A stretch of DNA of 32,000 bases from Telmatocola sphagniphila (GTDB lineage Bacteria; Planctomycetota; Planctomycetia; Gemmatales; Gemmataceae). The notes below the pieces were generated by a model, which saw only the letters and a program-made list of their open reading frames with translations, made no database searches and was not told the origin of the DNA. Position 1 is the first letter of the stretch. Every line of letters begins with the position of its first letter. Positions 10,183-22,030 of the stretch are shown piece after piece. Position numbers and translations under genes: made by a program. The stretch is from contig NZ_CP074694.1 in the NCBI RefSeq assembly GCF_018398935.1, positions 2,310,001 to 2,342,000 of the forward strand, given 5' to 3'.

Positions 10183-10464
10183 TCACCCTCCCGTTGCGGG
10201 TATGATGGCATGGTTCCAGAAGGGATTCGCGAAGATCAAAATCATGGCGATCACCAGACAATAGATGGCAATTGATTCAATCATCGCCAGGCCGACGAAT
10301 AAAGTTCGAGTTATAGTTTTTGAAGCATCGGGCTGCTGGGCCAGCGAGCTTAAAGCCGTCGCAACCGCTCGGCCTTCACCGAGCGCCGGGGCGATGCTCC
10401 CCACCGCGATCGTAACGCCAGCGGTCGCAATCGAAGCGATTGCGATGAGAGTCATACTGTCCAT
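10183..10464 (-). CDS. atpE: N-type ATPase, Fo c subunit (proteolipid)
   Basis: 93 aa with a two-helix hairpin and the polar loop AQQPDA. The helix-2 site is MIESIAIY (E63, S64, Y68) and helix 1 carries E30. GGAAGGA lies 5 nt upstream of the ATG. Confidence 0.9.
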   Translation of the reverse strand: MDSMTLIAIASIATAGVTIAVGSIAPALGEGRAVATALSSLAQQPDASKTITRTLFVGLAMIESIAIYCLVIAMILIFANPFWNHAIIPATGG

Positions 10465-10494
10465 ATCTGTCCTTCCGGTGAATTTTGCATTTGC

Positions 10495-11163
10495 TTATTC
10501 GTTCGTTCGCGTGGCTGCAGCGATGTAAACGGCCGCCAGGATGCTGAAGATGTACGCTTGCACCATGCCCGTTAACAGACCCAGCAGGTTCATAAAGATC
10601 GGGAACAGAAGCGGCGTTATCGTCAGCAAGATGCCGACAATCATCGCCCCACTCATGATGTTGCCGAACAGTCGGATCGCCAGGGCGAACGTACGCGACA
10701 ATTCGCTGATGACGTTGAAGGGCAGCATGATGAAAGTGGGCTTTAGGTAAGACTTCAGATAACCGATTAATCCCTGCTTCTGAATGCCGAAGATCAGAAC
10801 TGCGACAAAGACGGAAATAGCCAAAGCCGACGTCGTGGAAAGCGAACCTGTCGGCGGATCGTACCAGGGAAGAATCATGCAGAGATTCGAAAAGGCAATG
10901 AAAAGAAACAAAGTACCGATGAAACCGAGGTACTTCCCGGGATTGTGCAGGCCAACTTCTTCGATCTGTTCGCGAATCGTGGTGACGACGATTTCGAGAA
11001 ATCCCTGCCAGCGTGAACCGGGTCCCTCCGTTTTCAAACGTCGGGTGATCAAGAGCGATCCCAAGGTCAGAACAAACATCAACGCCCAGGTCGTGACGAT
11101 CGTACTATTGAGCTCGACGAACTTCCAGCGCCAGAGAATGATTTCATCGGGACTAAGATGCAA
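10495..11163 (-). CDS. atpB: N-type ATPase, Fo a subunit
   Basis: 222 aa, multi-pass, with the essential-Arg motif LAIRLFGNIMSG. TTG start with AAGGAG 7 nt upstream. It overlaps the atpR end by 11 nt. Confidence 0.9.
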   Translation of the reverse strand: MHLSPDEIILWRWKFVELNSTIVTTWALMFVLTLGSLLITRRLKTEGPGSRWQGFLEIVVTTIREQIEEVGLHNPGKYLGFIGTLFLFIAFSNLCMILPWYDPPTGSLSTTSALAISVFVAVLIFGIQKQGLIGYLKSYLKPTFIMLPFNVISELSRTFALAIRLFGNIMSGAMIVGILLTITPLLFPIFMNLLGLLTGMVQAYIFSILAAVYIAAATRTNE

Positions 11164-11482
11164 GAGGATTCTCCTTCACGAGTTCCGTCCGTTCTCTTAA
11201 CAGCATTCTGGCCAGCCCCCGGACCACAAAAATTCTCGCACACAGAAATCCCAGCAGGCAGGCAGAGAGACTCTCCCACGGCCCCTGCGAAACGAAATAA
11301 AATCCGACGAGCACCAGGGCGGCCCGGAGCAAAAAGCTGCCGAGGAACCAGAGGGCCGGATTATTGGACACTAAGCCCTTTTGGACTGTCCACCAGAGGC
11401 CGCCCAAAAAAACGATCCCGAGCAAAAGGCCGGCTATCCAGGCATAGGCAAGGTTTGAGTAACTACTCATGGTTCTCTTCAT
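11153..11482 (-). CDS. atpR: N-ATPase-specific small membrane subunit AtpR
   Basis: About 105-109 aa with three hydrophobic helices and an intramembrane Arg (FLLRAALVL). It lies between the AtpQ-like gene and atpB, as in described N-ATPase operons. There are two possible ATG starts (11482 or 11470). Confidence 0.7.
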   Translation of the reverse strand: MKRTMSSYSNLAYAWIAGLLLGIVFLGGLWWTVQKGLVSNNPALWFLGSFLLRAALVLVGFYFVSQGPWESLSACLLGFLCARIFVVRGLARMLLRERTELVKENPLAS

Positions 11483-11775
11483 GCATCTGATGGAATTGAG
11501 ATTTGATCCAGTGCCAGGACGTCCAACAACCGATGATCAAGCCCAGCAGAAGAAGCATCAACGTCCAGGAATAAGAGCTCGGGTAACGCTTGTCCAACCA
11601 CAGGCCCAGAGCCGCACCCAGAAGGGTAGGAACCATGACCGACCAGCCAATTAAGCCGGACATCCCTAAGCCGAACCAGATCGTTTTGGTGGTATCGGCC
11701 TGCGCCTTCAGCTTGCGCGCCGCCTCCGCAGCCACCTTCTGGCTGAATTTGGACTCTTCGAGGCCGCGTGGTTCT

Positions 11776-11783
<8 letters not shown>
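11463..11783 (-). CDS. atpQ: N-ATPase accessory membrane protein AtpQ (AtpZ/AtpI-like 'ATPase gene 1' family)
   Basis: 106 aa. The motif WFGLGMSGLIGWSVMVPTLLGAALGLWLD is typical of the AtpZ/AtpI-like family. 8-nt overlap with the atpC end (ATGGATGA). Confidence 0.75.
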
Positions 11784-14079
<2,296 letters not shown>

Positions 14080-14105
14080 TAGAAACTCCCTTGAATGTAA
14101 AGCCG

Positions 14106-14783
14106 TTAAGATTCTCTAGGATTGGGCTCGGTTTTTGAGAGTCCGTGGGTACTCTCAATTTGTTCAAGTGCCGCTACCATAGCTCGACGACGGATGTGCC
14201 GCACAGCGCCGCTGACTTTCGCGGAAAGAAAGATCTCGATCAGCTCGATTGCCAGAGCACTGCCGATCACTTGGCCTCCCAGGCAGAAGACATTCATATC
14301 GTCATCTTCCACACCCTGATGCGCCGAATAGAGATCGTGGATCAGTCCCGCGCGGACAGAAGCAATTTTGTTGGCTGCGATGGTCGCCCCGACCCCGCTG
14401 CCGCAAAGCGCTACTCCGCGTTCGACTTTCTCGGAAGCGATCGCTCGGGCCAGAGGAATGATAAAATCTGGATAATCGTCTTCGGGATTGAGTTCGTAAG
14501 CCCCAAAATCGACTACTTCAAAACCTTTGTCCAGAAGTGTCACGGCTATCTGCTCCTTTAAGTTGTACCCGCCGTGGTCCGCCGCGATTCCTACTTTCCT
14601 AGGGGCTTTTCCTTCTTTCGGAGACGGCTGGAGTAGTTTCGTTTCCCACGATTCCTCATTGCGACTCCAGGCTTCGGAATTTTGCTTTACCGAGTGAAGA
14701 CTACCGGTGATCGAAAAAGGAACGAGGGTAACGGCTAACTCTTCTCGTTCGATTTGATACTTCGGCAGGGACTTCTTTATCAT
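14106..14783 (-). CDS. rpiB: Ribose-5-phosphate isomerase B (RpiB/LacA/LacB family) with an N-terminal extension of ~62 aa
   Basis: The core runs KVGIAADHGGYNLKE ... GVALCGSGVGATIAANK ... VFCLGGQVIG. The ORF-track start at 14804 is a GTG overlapping the HAD stop. The ATG at 14783 has GAGGGG upstream. No start codon exists closer to the core. Confidence 0.85.
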   Translation of the reverse strand: MIKKSLPKYQIEREELAVTLVPFSITGSLHSVKQNSEAWSRNEESWETKLLQPSPKEGKAPRKVGIAADHGGYNLKEQIAVTLLDKGFEVVDFGAYELNPEDDYPDFIIPLARAIASEKVERGVALCGSGVGATIAANKIASVRAGLIHDLYSAHQGVEDDDMNVFCLGGQVIGSALAIELIEIFLSAKVSGAVRHIRRRAMVAALEQIESTHGLSKTEPNPRES

Positions 14784-14800
14784 AACTTTCCCCTCGGCGT

Positions 14801-15544
14801 TCACTTTAAACAGTCAATAATGGCTTGGGTAACCCGTTTCGTTTCGGTCGGATCTCGGACTTCAATGGAATCGACGCCCGCTTGTTTGACGGGGTAGTCG
14901 TTACCGCCTGGAAACAGCGCATCGCCGAGATAGATCATTTCGTTAATGGAGATTTTTAGAATATCTTGGAGTTTTCTAATTCCGTAAGCTTTGTCGATGC
15001 CGTTTTTCGTAACGTCGATGGAAGTCGCTCCTCCCATCCGCACCGAAAACTCCGGGATCAACTCCACTAGCTTGGCCGTGATTTTCTTTCTCTTGGCATA
15101 ATCCGGATCCCACTTCTTCTTCTCTTCCAGGGGAGCGAGTTGCCCGAGTGCGGAAAAAGTAATCTGACTTCCCCGATCCTCTATCATTTCACCCCAAAGT
15201 TGAATGGGCTTATAGTCCGCTTCTTCAAGAGCCCTGCGGAAAGAAGCCAGGATCTTGACTTTTTGGCTCGGGGAAAAATCCTCCGAATAAAGTTCTTTCC
15301 AACCGACTTCATAACTAAAAAATTTGGTGCCGCACGTGGGCAGCAGAGCCAGATTTTTCAAGTTAGAATTCTCCGAGAGCTTGGAGAGCACTTGGATTTC
15401 GAACTGAGGCCAATTTCCTCCCGAGATGACAGCCACATGGACGATGCGACAAAGGTTACCTATCAAGGAAGCCATTTCCGCATCTAGTGAAGATTTGCTC
15501 GGAGCCAGCGTGCCGTCCAAGTCGTAGACTATTAGCTTTTTCAT
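14801..15544 (-). CDS. HAD-IIB family hydrolase, eukaryotic-type phosphomannomutase (PMM)-like
   Basis: 247 aa. HAD motif I is YDLDGTLAP. The C-terminal part, SIDVTKNGIDKAYGI...IYLGDALFPGGNDYP...V.DPTETKRV, resembles the PMM (PF03332-type) pattern. Confidence 0.8.
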   Translation of the reverse strand: MKKLIVYDLDGTLAPSKSSLDAEMASLIGNLCRIVHVAVISGGNWPQFEIQVLSKLSENSNLKNLALLPTCGTKFFSYEVGWKELYSEDFSPSQKVKILASFRRALEEADYKPIQLWGEMIEDRGSQITFSALGQLAPLEEKKKWDPDYAKRKKITAKLVELIPEFSVRMGGATSIDVTKNGIDKAYGIRKLQDILKISINEMIYLGDALFPGGNDYPVKQAGVDSIEVRDPTETKRVTQAIIDCLK

Positions 15545-15571
15545 GGAGATCCGAAAGGGTCGGTCGATTAA

Positions 15572-16348
15572 TTAAGCCTCGAGTGGCACAGCGGGTTTGG
15601 TGGCAATTAAAGCCTGAATTTTTTTCATTTTGGAGCCGACGAATAAGACGTTAGTCACGAACATCTCCACACCTCGTCCGCCCATAGTCCGGATATGTAA
15701 ATCGCCCGATCCCATTCCAATAATCCAGTGTCGAAAAAAATCGTCCTGTCGATTGAGGGATATCGTCATATTCTGCGTGTCGTACGTATTGTTCACGATT
15801 CCCCCGAGAAATTCATGGGTGACTTGGCCGGGCCGAAATCTCCAAAAACTCAGACGATCTACGAAGAAAACACTTGTGGCCCAAACCACCAAAAGCAGAG
15901 TGGAGGAGAATAGGTAGTAGCCGAGACTCAGAGAAATCGATTGATTGCCAAACCAGCCGAGGATAACTCCCCACCATTCCAGATGGACGGAAAAGAGTAT
16001 CAAAAAACTCGCGGCGGCAATCAGCAGCGCCGCTTTCATGCCCTTGATTTTGGTGCTGGAAATCAAGATTAACAGGAGCAGAAGCGAAGTGTAGATCACA
16101 CCGAGATCTCGGCCGCGGTAGAACCATTCCATTTTGCTGCCTATTTGGACCTGATCGTGATTCGACCAGGTCAGTAGAGACATGATGTATCCGGCCACCC
16201 AAAGAGGCCACCAGTAGAAAATCGCGGAATGACCGACGACGATCACCTGAGTCGCGATCGCGGGAGTATGGACTGTGACCTGTTTGGGCACCACTCCTTG
16301 TTCGGTGGCCAGCGTAGAGTCGAGTGGTTGAATAATTTTATTGGACAT
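15572..16348 (-). CDS. Hypothetical multi-pass membrane protein with a soluble C-terminal beta-rich (possibly bPH/YdbS-like) domain
   Basis: 258 aa with 4-5 hydrophobic helices. The C-terminal ~90 aa (DLHIRTMGGRGVEMFVTNVLFVGSKMKKIQALI) loosely resemble bacterial PH-like domains. AGGAGA lies 8 nt upstream of the ATG. Confidence 0.6.
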   Translation of the reverse strand: MSNKIIQPLDSTLATEQGVVPKQVTVHTPAIATQVIVVGHSAIFYWWPLWVAGYIMSLLTWSNHDQVQIGSKMEWFYRGRDLGVIYTSLLLLLILISSTKIKGMKAALLIAAASFLILFSVHLEWWGVILGWFGNQSISLSLGYYLFSSTLLLVVWATSVFFVDRLSFWRFRPGQVTHEFLGGIVNNTYDTQNMTISLNRQDDFFRHWIIGMGSGDLHIRTMGGRGVEMFVTNVLFVGSKMKKIQALIATKPAVPLEA

Positions 16349-16425
16349 TGATGGTATCTCCTGAACGATTGGGGGTCTCCAGTAGACCAGTCCCTTTTGA
16401 AAGATCTCTTCCTCCGAGAGAGGCG

Positions 16426-16680
16426 CTAACTCGCCTCTTCGGAGTTTCCTTCGTGTTGTTGAAGGATCTGCTCGGCTCGAACGAGATTTGCAGGTTCGAC
16501 CCAGACTTCAGCCGCTAGGCCGGAGATGTCGCCGAGTCCGGCATCCAGGTAATCGCCGAATACTTTGCAAGGAATGCCTTCGCGCTCGAGTGCATTCTGC
16601 CAGATATGGGCTAAAAACGGGTTCGCGGCAGAAGCTAAGCGAACGAAGTCGTAGGGTTTCTCAGTCGGCAAAATTTTCAT
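16426..16680 (-). CDS. DUF2007 domain protein (putative signal-transducing, PII-like fold)
   Basis: The pattern ...FLAHIWQNALEREGIPCKVFGDYL...EVWV....L.RAEQIL is typical of DUF2007. The ORF-track start at 16692 is a TTG. The ATG at 16680 has GGAG 6 nt upstream. Confidence 0.7.
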   Translation of the reverse strand: MKILPTEKPYDFVRLASAANPFLAHIWQNALEREGIPCKVFGDYLDAGLGDISGLAAEVWVEPANLVRAEQILQQHEGNSEEAS

Positions 16681-16700
16681 GATATTCTCCAAAAAACTCT

Positions 16701-16910
16701 CTAGCCTATCGAGAAGCCTTCGCTCGGCCGCACCGAATCGTTCGTTGAGTCAGAGGCGATGATGGCATGTACCGCTTCGCGCCAAAAGCGATATTTCGCT
16801 TCTTCGCCGTTCAACTCTCCTGCCACTTCCCACAAAATGTAGAAGCGAGGATGAATTAACTTGGATTGATCGGGTTCGCGAATCAGCTGCTGGGTTTCAA
16901 GTTTTTCCAC
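16701..16910 (-). CDS. Small hypothetical protein
   Basis: 69-aa ORF with a GTG start and an AGGAAGGA tract upstream. It lies 8 nt upstream of the DUF2007 ORF as drawn in the ORF track (TTG at 16692), or 20 nt upstream of the preferred ATG at 16680. No family recognised. Confidence 0.4.
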   Translation of the reverse strand: MEKLETQQLIREPDQSKLIHPRFYILWEVAGELNGEEAKYRFWREAVHAIIASDSTNDSVRPSEGFSIG

Positions 16911-17605
16911 GGAAGTTCTTTCCTTCCTAGAACCGCTCGATGGCAGGAACTTAACAACTATTACAACGCACGAGAAACGCCTGAAACTTAGTTAGGTATT
17001 GCACCCCATCAATTCGTAACTTCGGCGGAGCGAACCCGGACGTCCCCTCTAGCCCTAACATCGACATTCGGTTTCTCCGATGTGGCATCACCTCGTTGTC
17101 TCGGGATCGATCAGAGGCTAGTTGGCTTTTCCAGGCTTCATGTTTCCCTATGGCTTAGTTTGCAAATCCCAATCGGTGAGTTAGAGAGGTAATGTGGTAG
17201 AGTGAGATAGATGAATGAGAAATTGGGTGTCAGGGAAAGCCTGTCGGGCCTAGGGAATGATGGACGCAAGATGCGGAATTATTAAACGTCTTCGATCCCG
17301 CGAGCGGGGCGAAGGAACAAATTCGAGCGTTTCTTCTTAGAAGTCCCGGTCGTCGAACGCCAAGCGAAACGCTCTTCGATGGACGAGATAAAAGGACTTT
17401 AAGAACAACTACGCCCAATATCTCTTAAATGATCATCTTCCCGATGAAGCGGTACACAACTCAGGCAAAGTCCACTTCCGTAAGGTCCCGATTGAAACTG
17501 AAGGCACTCAGAGTAGGCTGACAAAATATCGTTTCGAAAATTCCCAACCAGATTTTAACGCCGATAGGGTAATCCGAAATCTGAAACAACTCGAAGAGCA
17601 AGCTT

Positions 17606-18517
17606 TTACACCCTCTGAGAAAACCAGTGATTGGGTGGAAAATTTTCAGATTCCAGCAACCAGTACTTTTCATCCGAGGACCAAGAAGCCGCGATTCGAA
17701 AAGCGGCTTCAACCACCCTCGGGGTTAATTCTCGGGGAGGTAAGGCCCAACGCAACAGCTGATCTCCAGAATCTAATCGGAGGATTGTTTCGGGTTTCGC
17801 TGGATTTGCATCCCATGCATCGGATTGGGCCGAGCGAGTTGAGAATAGATTTCCCAATCCATTTCCTAGACCGCAGAACCAATCCCTCTGATCGGCTGTC
17901 CAAGGCCCTTTCCAGTCAAATCGTTCTCGATAAATCGGCTCTCCTCCCCGGCGAATTTCCAATTCCTGGATGATTCGATCAAATGCAAACCACTCGGAAC
18001 TATCCCCTCGCTCGTAGCGGCCGGGTAACCAAATATCGGCCCAAATAAAATTGGCTTCGGCAGCCAATTCTACTTCGACCTTCTGATAGTATCGGCTGCC
18101 GCGATAGGGAATGGTTGGCCCAGGAAGAACTACTAGCTCCGCTCCTTCTTCGACTCGGATGTGCCATTGCTGCGTACTGAATTCCTGACCTGCAGGATGG
18201 ATGCGATTGGCCGATTGGCCGGTGACGATGGTACGTGTTCCCGCCCGCGCCGTAATCGAGATCAACTGGGCATCCCCGGCCAGCAAACCCGCAGTCGGGT
18301 TCAGAATATACAGCAGTGAAGCGGATTCCCCTGAAAAATGAAAAGGAGGAAGGATTCGCAAAGGCACTTGCTGGTAACATTCCCCCAAACGTGTTTTGCC
18401 GGCGGTATTGAGAAGTTCCACTCGAAGTCCGCCGATCTGACCAGCAGACTTTTGAGCCAACTGCAACGCAGTAAATTCGGGAGGTATCACAAAATCCCCC
18501 ACTTCGATCCTTTTCAT
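17606..18517 (-). CDS. ureD: Urease accessory protein UreD (UreH)
   Basis: UreD-like core ([36 protein letters not shown]). The ATG at 18517 overlaps the ureG stop as ATGA. The 13 upstream codons of the ORF track were dropped. Confidence 0.85.
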   Translation of the reverse strand: MKRIEVGDFVIPPEFTALQLAQKSAGQIGGLRVELLNTAGKTRLGECYQQVPLRILPPFHFSGESASLLYILNPTAGLLAGDAQLISITARAGTRTIVTGQSANRIHPAGQEFSTQQWHIRVEEGAELVVLPGPTIPYRGSRYYQKVEVELAAEANFIWADIWLPGRYERGDSSEWFAFDRIIQELEIRRGGEPIYRERFDWKGPWTADQRDWFCGLGNGLGNLFSTRSAQSDAWDANPAKPETILRLDSGDQLLRWALPPRELTPRVVEAAFRIAASWSSDEKYWLLESENFPPNHWFSQRV

Positions 18518-19260
18518 CGAGCAGACTTTCGAGCAGCGAGTTGGGCGCGCACCCAATCGACGACCAGATGGGAATTCTCTCCCTGCCTAAGGCTAATCAT
18601 GAAAAATGGTTTTTCGCCGCGCATCTTCGTGGCGTCCCTCCGCATGACTTCCAGATCCGCGCCCACATGAGGAGCCAAATCCACCTTATTGATGACCAAC
18701 AGATCACTGTTGCAAATTCCGGGGCCACCTTTGCGAGGAATTTTATCCCCTTCGGCTACGTCGATGACGAAAATGAAAAGGTCCGCCAGTTCTCGAGAGA
18801 AGACGGCGGTCAAATTGTCTCCTCCCGACTCGATAATCATCAATTCCAAGGCCGGGATTTGACGTTCAAAGTTGGCCACGGCACTAAGATTCGCGCTGGC
18901 ATCATCCCGGATAGCCGTATGCGGGCAACCGCCGGTCTGCACTCCGACAATTCGCTCTAGTGGGAGCACATTTCGTCGGGAAAGAAACTCCGCATCTTCA
19001 TGCGTATAAATATCGTTGGTGATGACTGCCAAATTCACGCTGGGCCAAAGATCGCGGCAAAGTCGCTCCACCAGGGCCGTTTTGCCGGAACCGACCGGCC
19101 CCGCAATTCCCAGTGTAAAAACTTTACGCCGGGGACCGGCAAATCGGCCGCCGCCATGCGAATGACCCGAATCGTTGGGATCGCGATGGTAGAGACGCTG
19201 GCTCGAAGAGAGATGCGATTTAGGATCGAAACATTCGAGAGTAAAGTCGGGTCTGTTCAT
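18514..19260 (-). CDS. ureG: Urease accessory GTPase UreG with a His-containing N-terminal extension
   Basis: P-loop [20 protein letters not shown] and NKVDL motifs. Start taken as the ATG at 19260 (alternative ATG at 19275). No start codon lies downstream of the ureF stop, so ureG overlaps ureF by at least 41 nt. Confidence 0.9.
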   Translation of the reverse strand: MNRPDFTLECFDPKSHLSSSQRLYHRDPNDSGHSHGGGRFAGPRRKVFTLGIAGPVGSGKTALVERLCRDLWPSVNLAVITNDIYTHEDAEFLSRRNVLPLERIVGVQTGGCPHTAIRDDASANLSAVANFERQIPALELMIIESGGDNLTAVFSRELADLFIFVIDVAEGDKIPRKGGPGICNSDLLVINKVDLAPHVGADLEVMRRDATKMRGEKPFFMISLRQGENSHLVVDWVRAQLAARKSAR

Positions 19261-19906
19261 CGCATAAAACCTCATAGAGCGGATTTCCACTGCCGGCCAT
19301 TTCGACCGGACGATCAGACATGATCTCAGCCAGGGATTCAATTTCCGAATGCAAGTATGCGAGTATTTGCTGCCCGTGGGTATGATTGACTGGGATGGCT
19401 CTAGCCCCCGCACCGATCATCCCCAGGCTTGCCTGATGCAGATAAACGATCAGGGTATTTTTCGCAGTCGATTCTGCTAACGCACCCAGTAATCCGAAGA
19501 CAATCGCATGATGCCAACCTGAACCGATTCCGTTTGGGAATAAATATTCCAACCCCTGAGCTGACCAGTTCCAGGTGCCCGCCAACCAGAAGAGTTGATC
19601 CCCCATTTCCAGACTGGCCGCTCGCAAGGAGGGGACGGGCATCATCGCGGTCATCAACCGATTCAATCGTTTCAACTCGACAGCATGGTCGTCGGCATGG
19701 ATTTCGCGACTGGCTTTGTGCGCCGCAGCCAAGAAAACCCCTTCCAGGGGAGCCAGAGAATAACGCAACCAGTTTCGGGTCCAAGTTTCGAGCGACTCGG
19801 AATCCATCACTGTCTTTCTCGCAATCGCTGCTTCCAGACCCCAGGAATGTGTATACCCACTGATCGGTAGTGCCGAATCGCCTATCTGAAGCAAACGGAG
19901 GTTCAT
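19220..19906 (-). CDS. ureF: Urease accessory protein UreF
   Basis: 228 aa. The opening [24 protein letters not shown] is typical of UreF. Confidence 0.85.
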   Translation of the reverse strand: MNLRLLQIGDSALPISGYTHSWGLEAAIARKTVMDSESLETWTRNWLRYSLAPLEGVFLAAAHKASREIHADDHAVELKRLNRLMTAMMPVPSLRAASLEMGDQLFWLAGTWNWSAQGLEYLFPNGIGSGWHHAIVFGLLGALAESTAKNTLIVYLHQASLGMIGAGARAIPVNHTHGQQILAYLHSEIESLAEIMSDRPVEMAGSGNPLYEVLCDEQTRLYSRMFRS

Positions 19907-19918
19907 GGATTCGGACTT

Positions 19919-21640
19919 TTAAAACAAAAAATATCTTTGTGTCATGGGCAATTCACGGGCCGGTTCACTACCAATCTTTTCGCCATCTACCCAAACCTGA
20001 TAGGTATCCGGATCGACCCGAATATCGGGAGTCAAATCATTCAATTTCAAATCCTTTTTCGAAATATCGCGGCATTTCTCGACTGCAACCAGCGGACGTT
20101 GCAAGCCGTATTTTTGGGCGATGCCTTCCGCCAGCGAAGCCTTCGAAACAAAACTAAAGCTGGACTCCGTCATAGCGCGGCCGAACGAAGCAAACTGGGG
20201 GCGTTGATAGACGGGCTGAGGCGTGGGGATACTGGCATTGGGATCGCCCATTTGGGCGTAGGCGATCATACCCCCTTTTAGTATAAGCTCTGGCTTAACT
20301 CCGAAATAGGCTGGTTTGAACAACACCAGATCCGCCCACTTACCCGGCTCAATACTGCCAACCTCACGAGAGATACCGTGAGTTAACGCTGGGTTAATCG
20401 TGTATTTGGCAATGTATCTTTTCGCCCGAAAATTATCGTTTCGAGAATTGTCTTCCGGAAGTGTTCCAAATTGCGCTTTCATCTTGTGGGCGGTTTGCCA
20501 GCAGCGGATGATGACTTCACCAATCCGGCCCATGGCTTGCGAATCGGAGCTGAACATACTCAATATCCCGCGATCATGCAGCACATCCTCTGCACCGATG
20601 GTTTCTGGCCGGATGCGACTTTCGGCAAAAGCGACATCTTCCGGCACTGATCGCGACAAATGATGGCAGACCATCAGCATATCCAGATGTTCATCAATCG
20701 TGTTAATAGTGAACGGCCGGGTGGGATTCGTGCTGGAAGGCAAAACGTTTTTCAGCGAAGCGATCTTGATGATATCCGGAGCATGCCCACCCCCTGCTCC
20801 TTCCGTGTGATAGGTATGAATCGTCCGACCTTTGAACGCGGCGATCGTATCTTCTACAAATCCGGATTCATTTAAAGTGTCGGTATGAATGGCCACTTGG
20901 ATATCGAAACGGTCGGCTACAGCAAGGCAATTATCGATGGCCGCCGGAGTCGTTCCCCAATCTTCGTGGAGCTTCAATCCACAAGCCCCGGCTCGTACCT
21001 GTTCTTCAAGAGATTCCGGTAAACTGCAATTACCTTTGCCTAAGAAGCCAAAATTCATGGGAAAAGCTTCGGCGGCCTGGAGCATTCGCTTCATATACCA
21101 GGGGCCTGGAGTGCATGTAGTTGCCCAGGTTCCCGTGGCCGATCCGGTCCCACCGCCAATCATCGTTGTAATTCCAGAAGCAATTGCCACTTCAATCTGC
21201 TGAGGACAGATGAAATGAATGTGCGAGTCGATGCCACCCGCAGTGCAGATCATTCCTTCACCCGAAATGACTTCGGTTCCCGCACCGATCACCAGCTTCG
21301 GATCCACTCCGGTTTGAATGAGGGGGTTTCCCGCTTTGCCGATACCTACAATCCGACCTGCCCGGATTCCAATATCGCCTTTAACGATTCCCCAGTAATC
21401 GAGGACGACCGCATTGGTAATCACCAAATCGAGATGCGGATATTCCGCAGGCAATTTCCGGGAAGTCTGCCCTCCTCCATCTCGGATGACTTTGCCGCCC
21501 CCGAAAACGACCTCTTCCCCATAATGAGCAAAATCTTTCTCAATTTCGATGATGAGATTCGTATCGGCTAGGCGGATGCGACCGCCGGTGGTGGGTCCAT
21601 AATGACCGGCATAAGAAGCCCGCGAAATTCGCACGCTCAT
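19919..21640 (-). CDS. ureC: Urease alpha subunit
   Basis: 573 aa. It has the carbamylated-Lys context [15 protein letters not shown], and the nickel-ligand His motifs (IDSHIHF). ATGA overlap with ureB. Confidence 0.97.
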   Translation of the reverse strand: MSVRISRASYAGHYGPTTGGRIRLADTNLIIEIEKDFAHYGEEVVFGGGKVIRDGGGQTSRKLPAEYPHLDLVITNAVVLDYWGIVKGDIGIRAGRIVGIGKAGNPLIQTGVDPKLVIGAGTEVISGEGMICTAGGIDSHIHFICPQQIEVAIASGITTMIGGGTGSATGTWATTCTPGPWYMKRMLQAAEAFPMNFGFLGKGNCSLPESLEEQVRAGACGLKLHEDWGTTPAAIDNCLAVADRFDIQVAIHTDTLNESGFVEDTIAAFKGRTIHTYHTEGAGGGHAPDIIKIASLKNVLPSSTNPTRPFTINTIDEHLDMLMVCHHLSRSVPEDVAFAESRIRPETIGAEDVLHDRGILSMFSSDSQAMGRIGEVIIRCWQTAHKMKAQFGTLPEDNSRNDNFRAKRYIAKYTINPALTHGISREVGSIEPGKWADLVLFKPAYFGVKPELILKGGMIAYAQMGDPNASIPTPQPVYQRPQFASFGRAMTESSFSFVSKASLAEGIAQKYGLQRPLVAVEKCRDISKKDLKLNDLTPDIRVDPDTYQVWVDGEKIGSEPARELPMTQRYFLF

Positions 21641-22023
21641 GATGACTCCTTCCGGGGCTCGTCGCCAAAGCCTTCAGCACGCATCCGTTCGAGGCTCTGT
21701 TTGCGAATCCCAGGATCGTCGAGTTCCCCGGAGACTAGACCACTTCCCCCAAAAACGATTCGACTTCCACCCAAAGGCACCAGGCTCACTTCTCGGATAT
21801 CTCCCGGTTCAAACCGAACTGCGGTGCCGGCCGGCAAATCGAGTCTTTGACCATAGGCTTTTTCCCGATCAAAGACCAAAGCTCGATTCACCTCGAAAAA
21901 GTGAAAGTGAGAGCCCACCTGTATGGGACGATCTCCTCGATTGGTCACGCTAATTGCGGTGACCGGCCTCCCGGCGTTCAGTTCCAGGGAAGGACCATCG
22001 AACAGGTATTCACCGGGAATCAT
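21637..22023 (-). CDS. ureB: Urease beta subunit
   Basis: MIPGEY...[17 protein letters not shown]...GTAVRFEPG, followed by a ~25-aa C-terminal tail. Confidence 0.95.
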   Translation of the reverse strand: MIPGEYLFDGPSLELNAGRPVTAISVTNRGDRPIQVGSHFHFFEVNRALVFDREKAYGQRLDLPAGTAVRFEPGDIREVSLVPLGGSRIVFGGSGLVSGELDDPGIRKQSLERMRAEGFGDEPRKESS

Positions 22024-22030
22024 CGTACCC

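Noticed and set aside
9503-10275. Cluster of 60-120-aa ORFs on both strands inside atpF and atpE
   Set aside because: All overlap well-supported ATPase genes in alternative frames. The translations are Arg/Ser-rich and typical of off-frame reads.
17230-17712. 62-aa and 83-aa minus-strand ORFs in or near the 695-bp gap
   Set aside because: They have no SD, no motifs and odd composition. The 83-aa ORF overlaps the ureD 3' end. I also looked here for tRNA T-arm, tmRNA, RNase P and SRP consensus elements by eye and found none.
19261-19413. Upstream 51 codons of the 299-aa ureG ORF in the track
   Set aside because: This stretch lies deep inside ureF in another frame and has no UreG-like sequence. 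The in-frame ATGs at 19275 and 19260 give a protein of plausible length.
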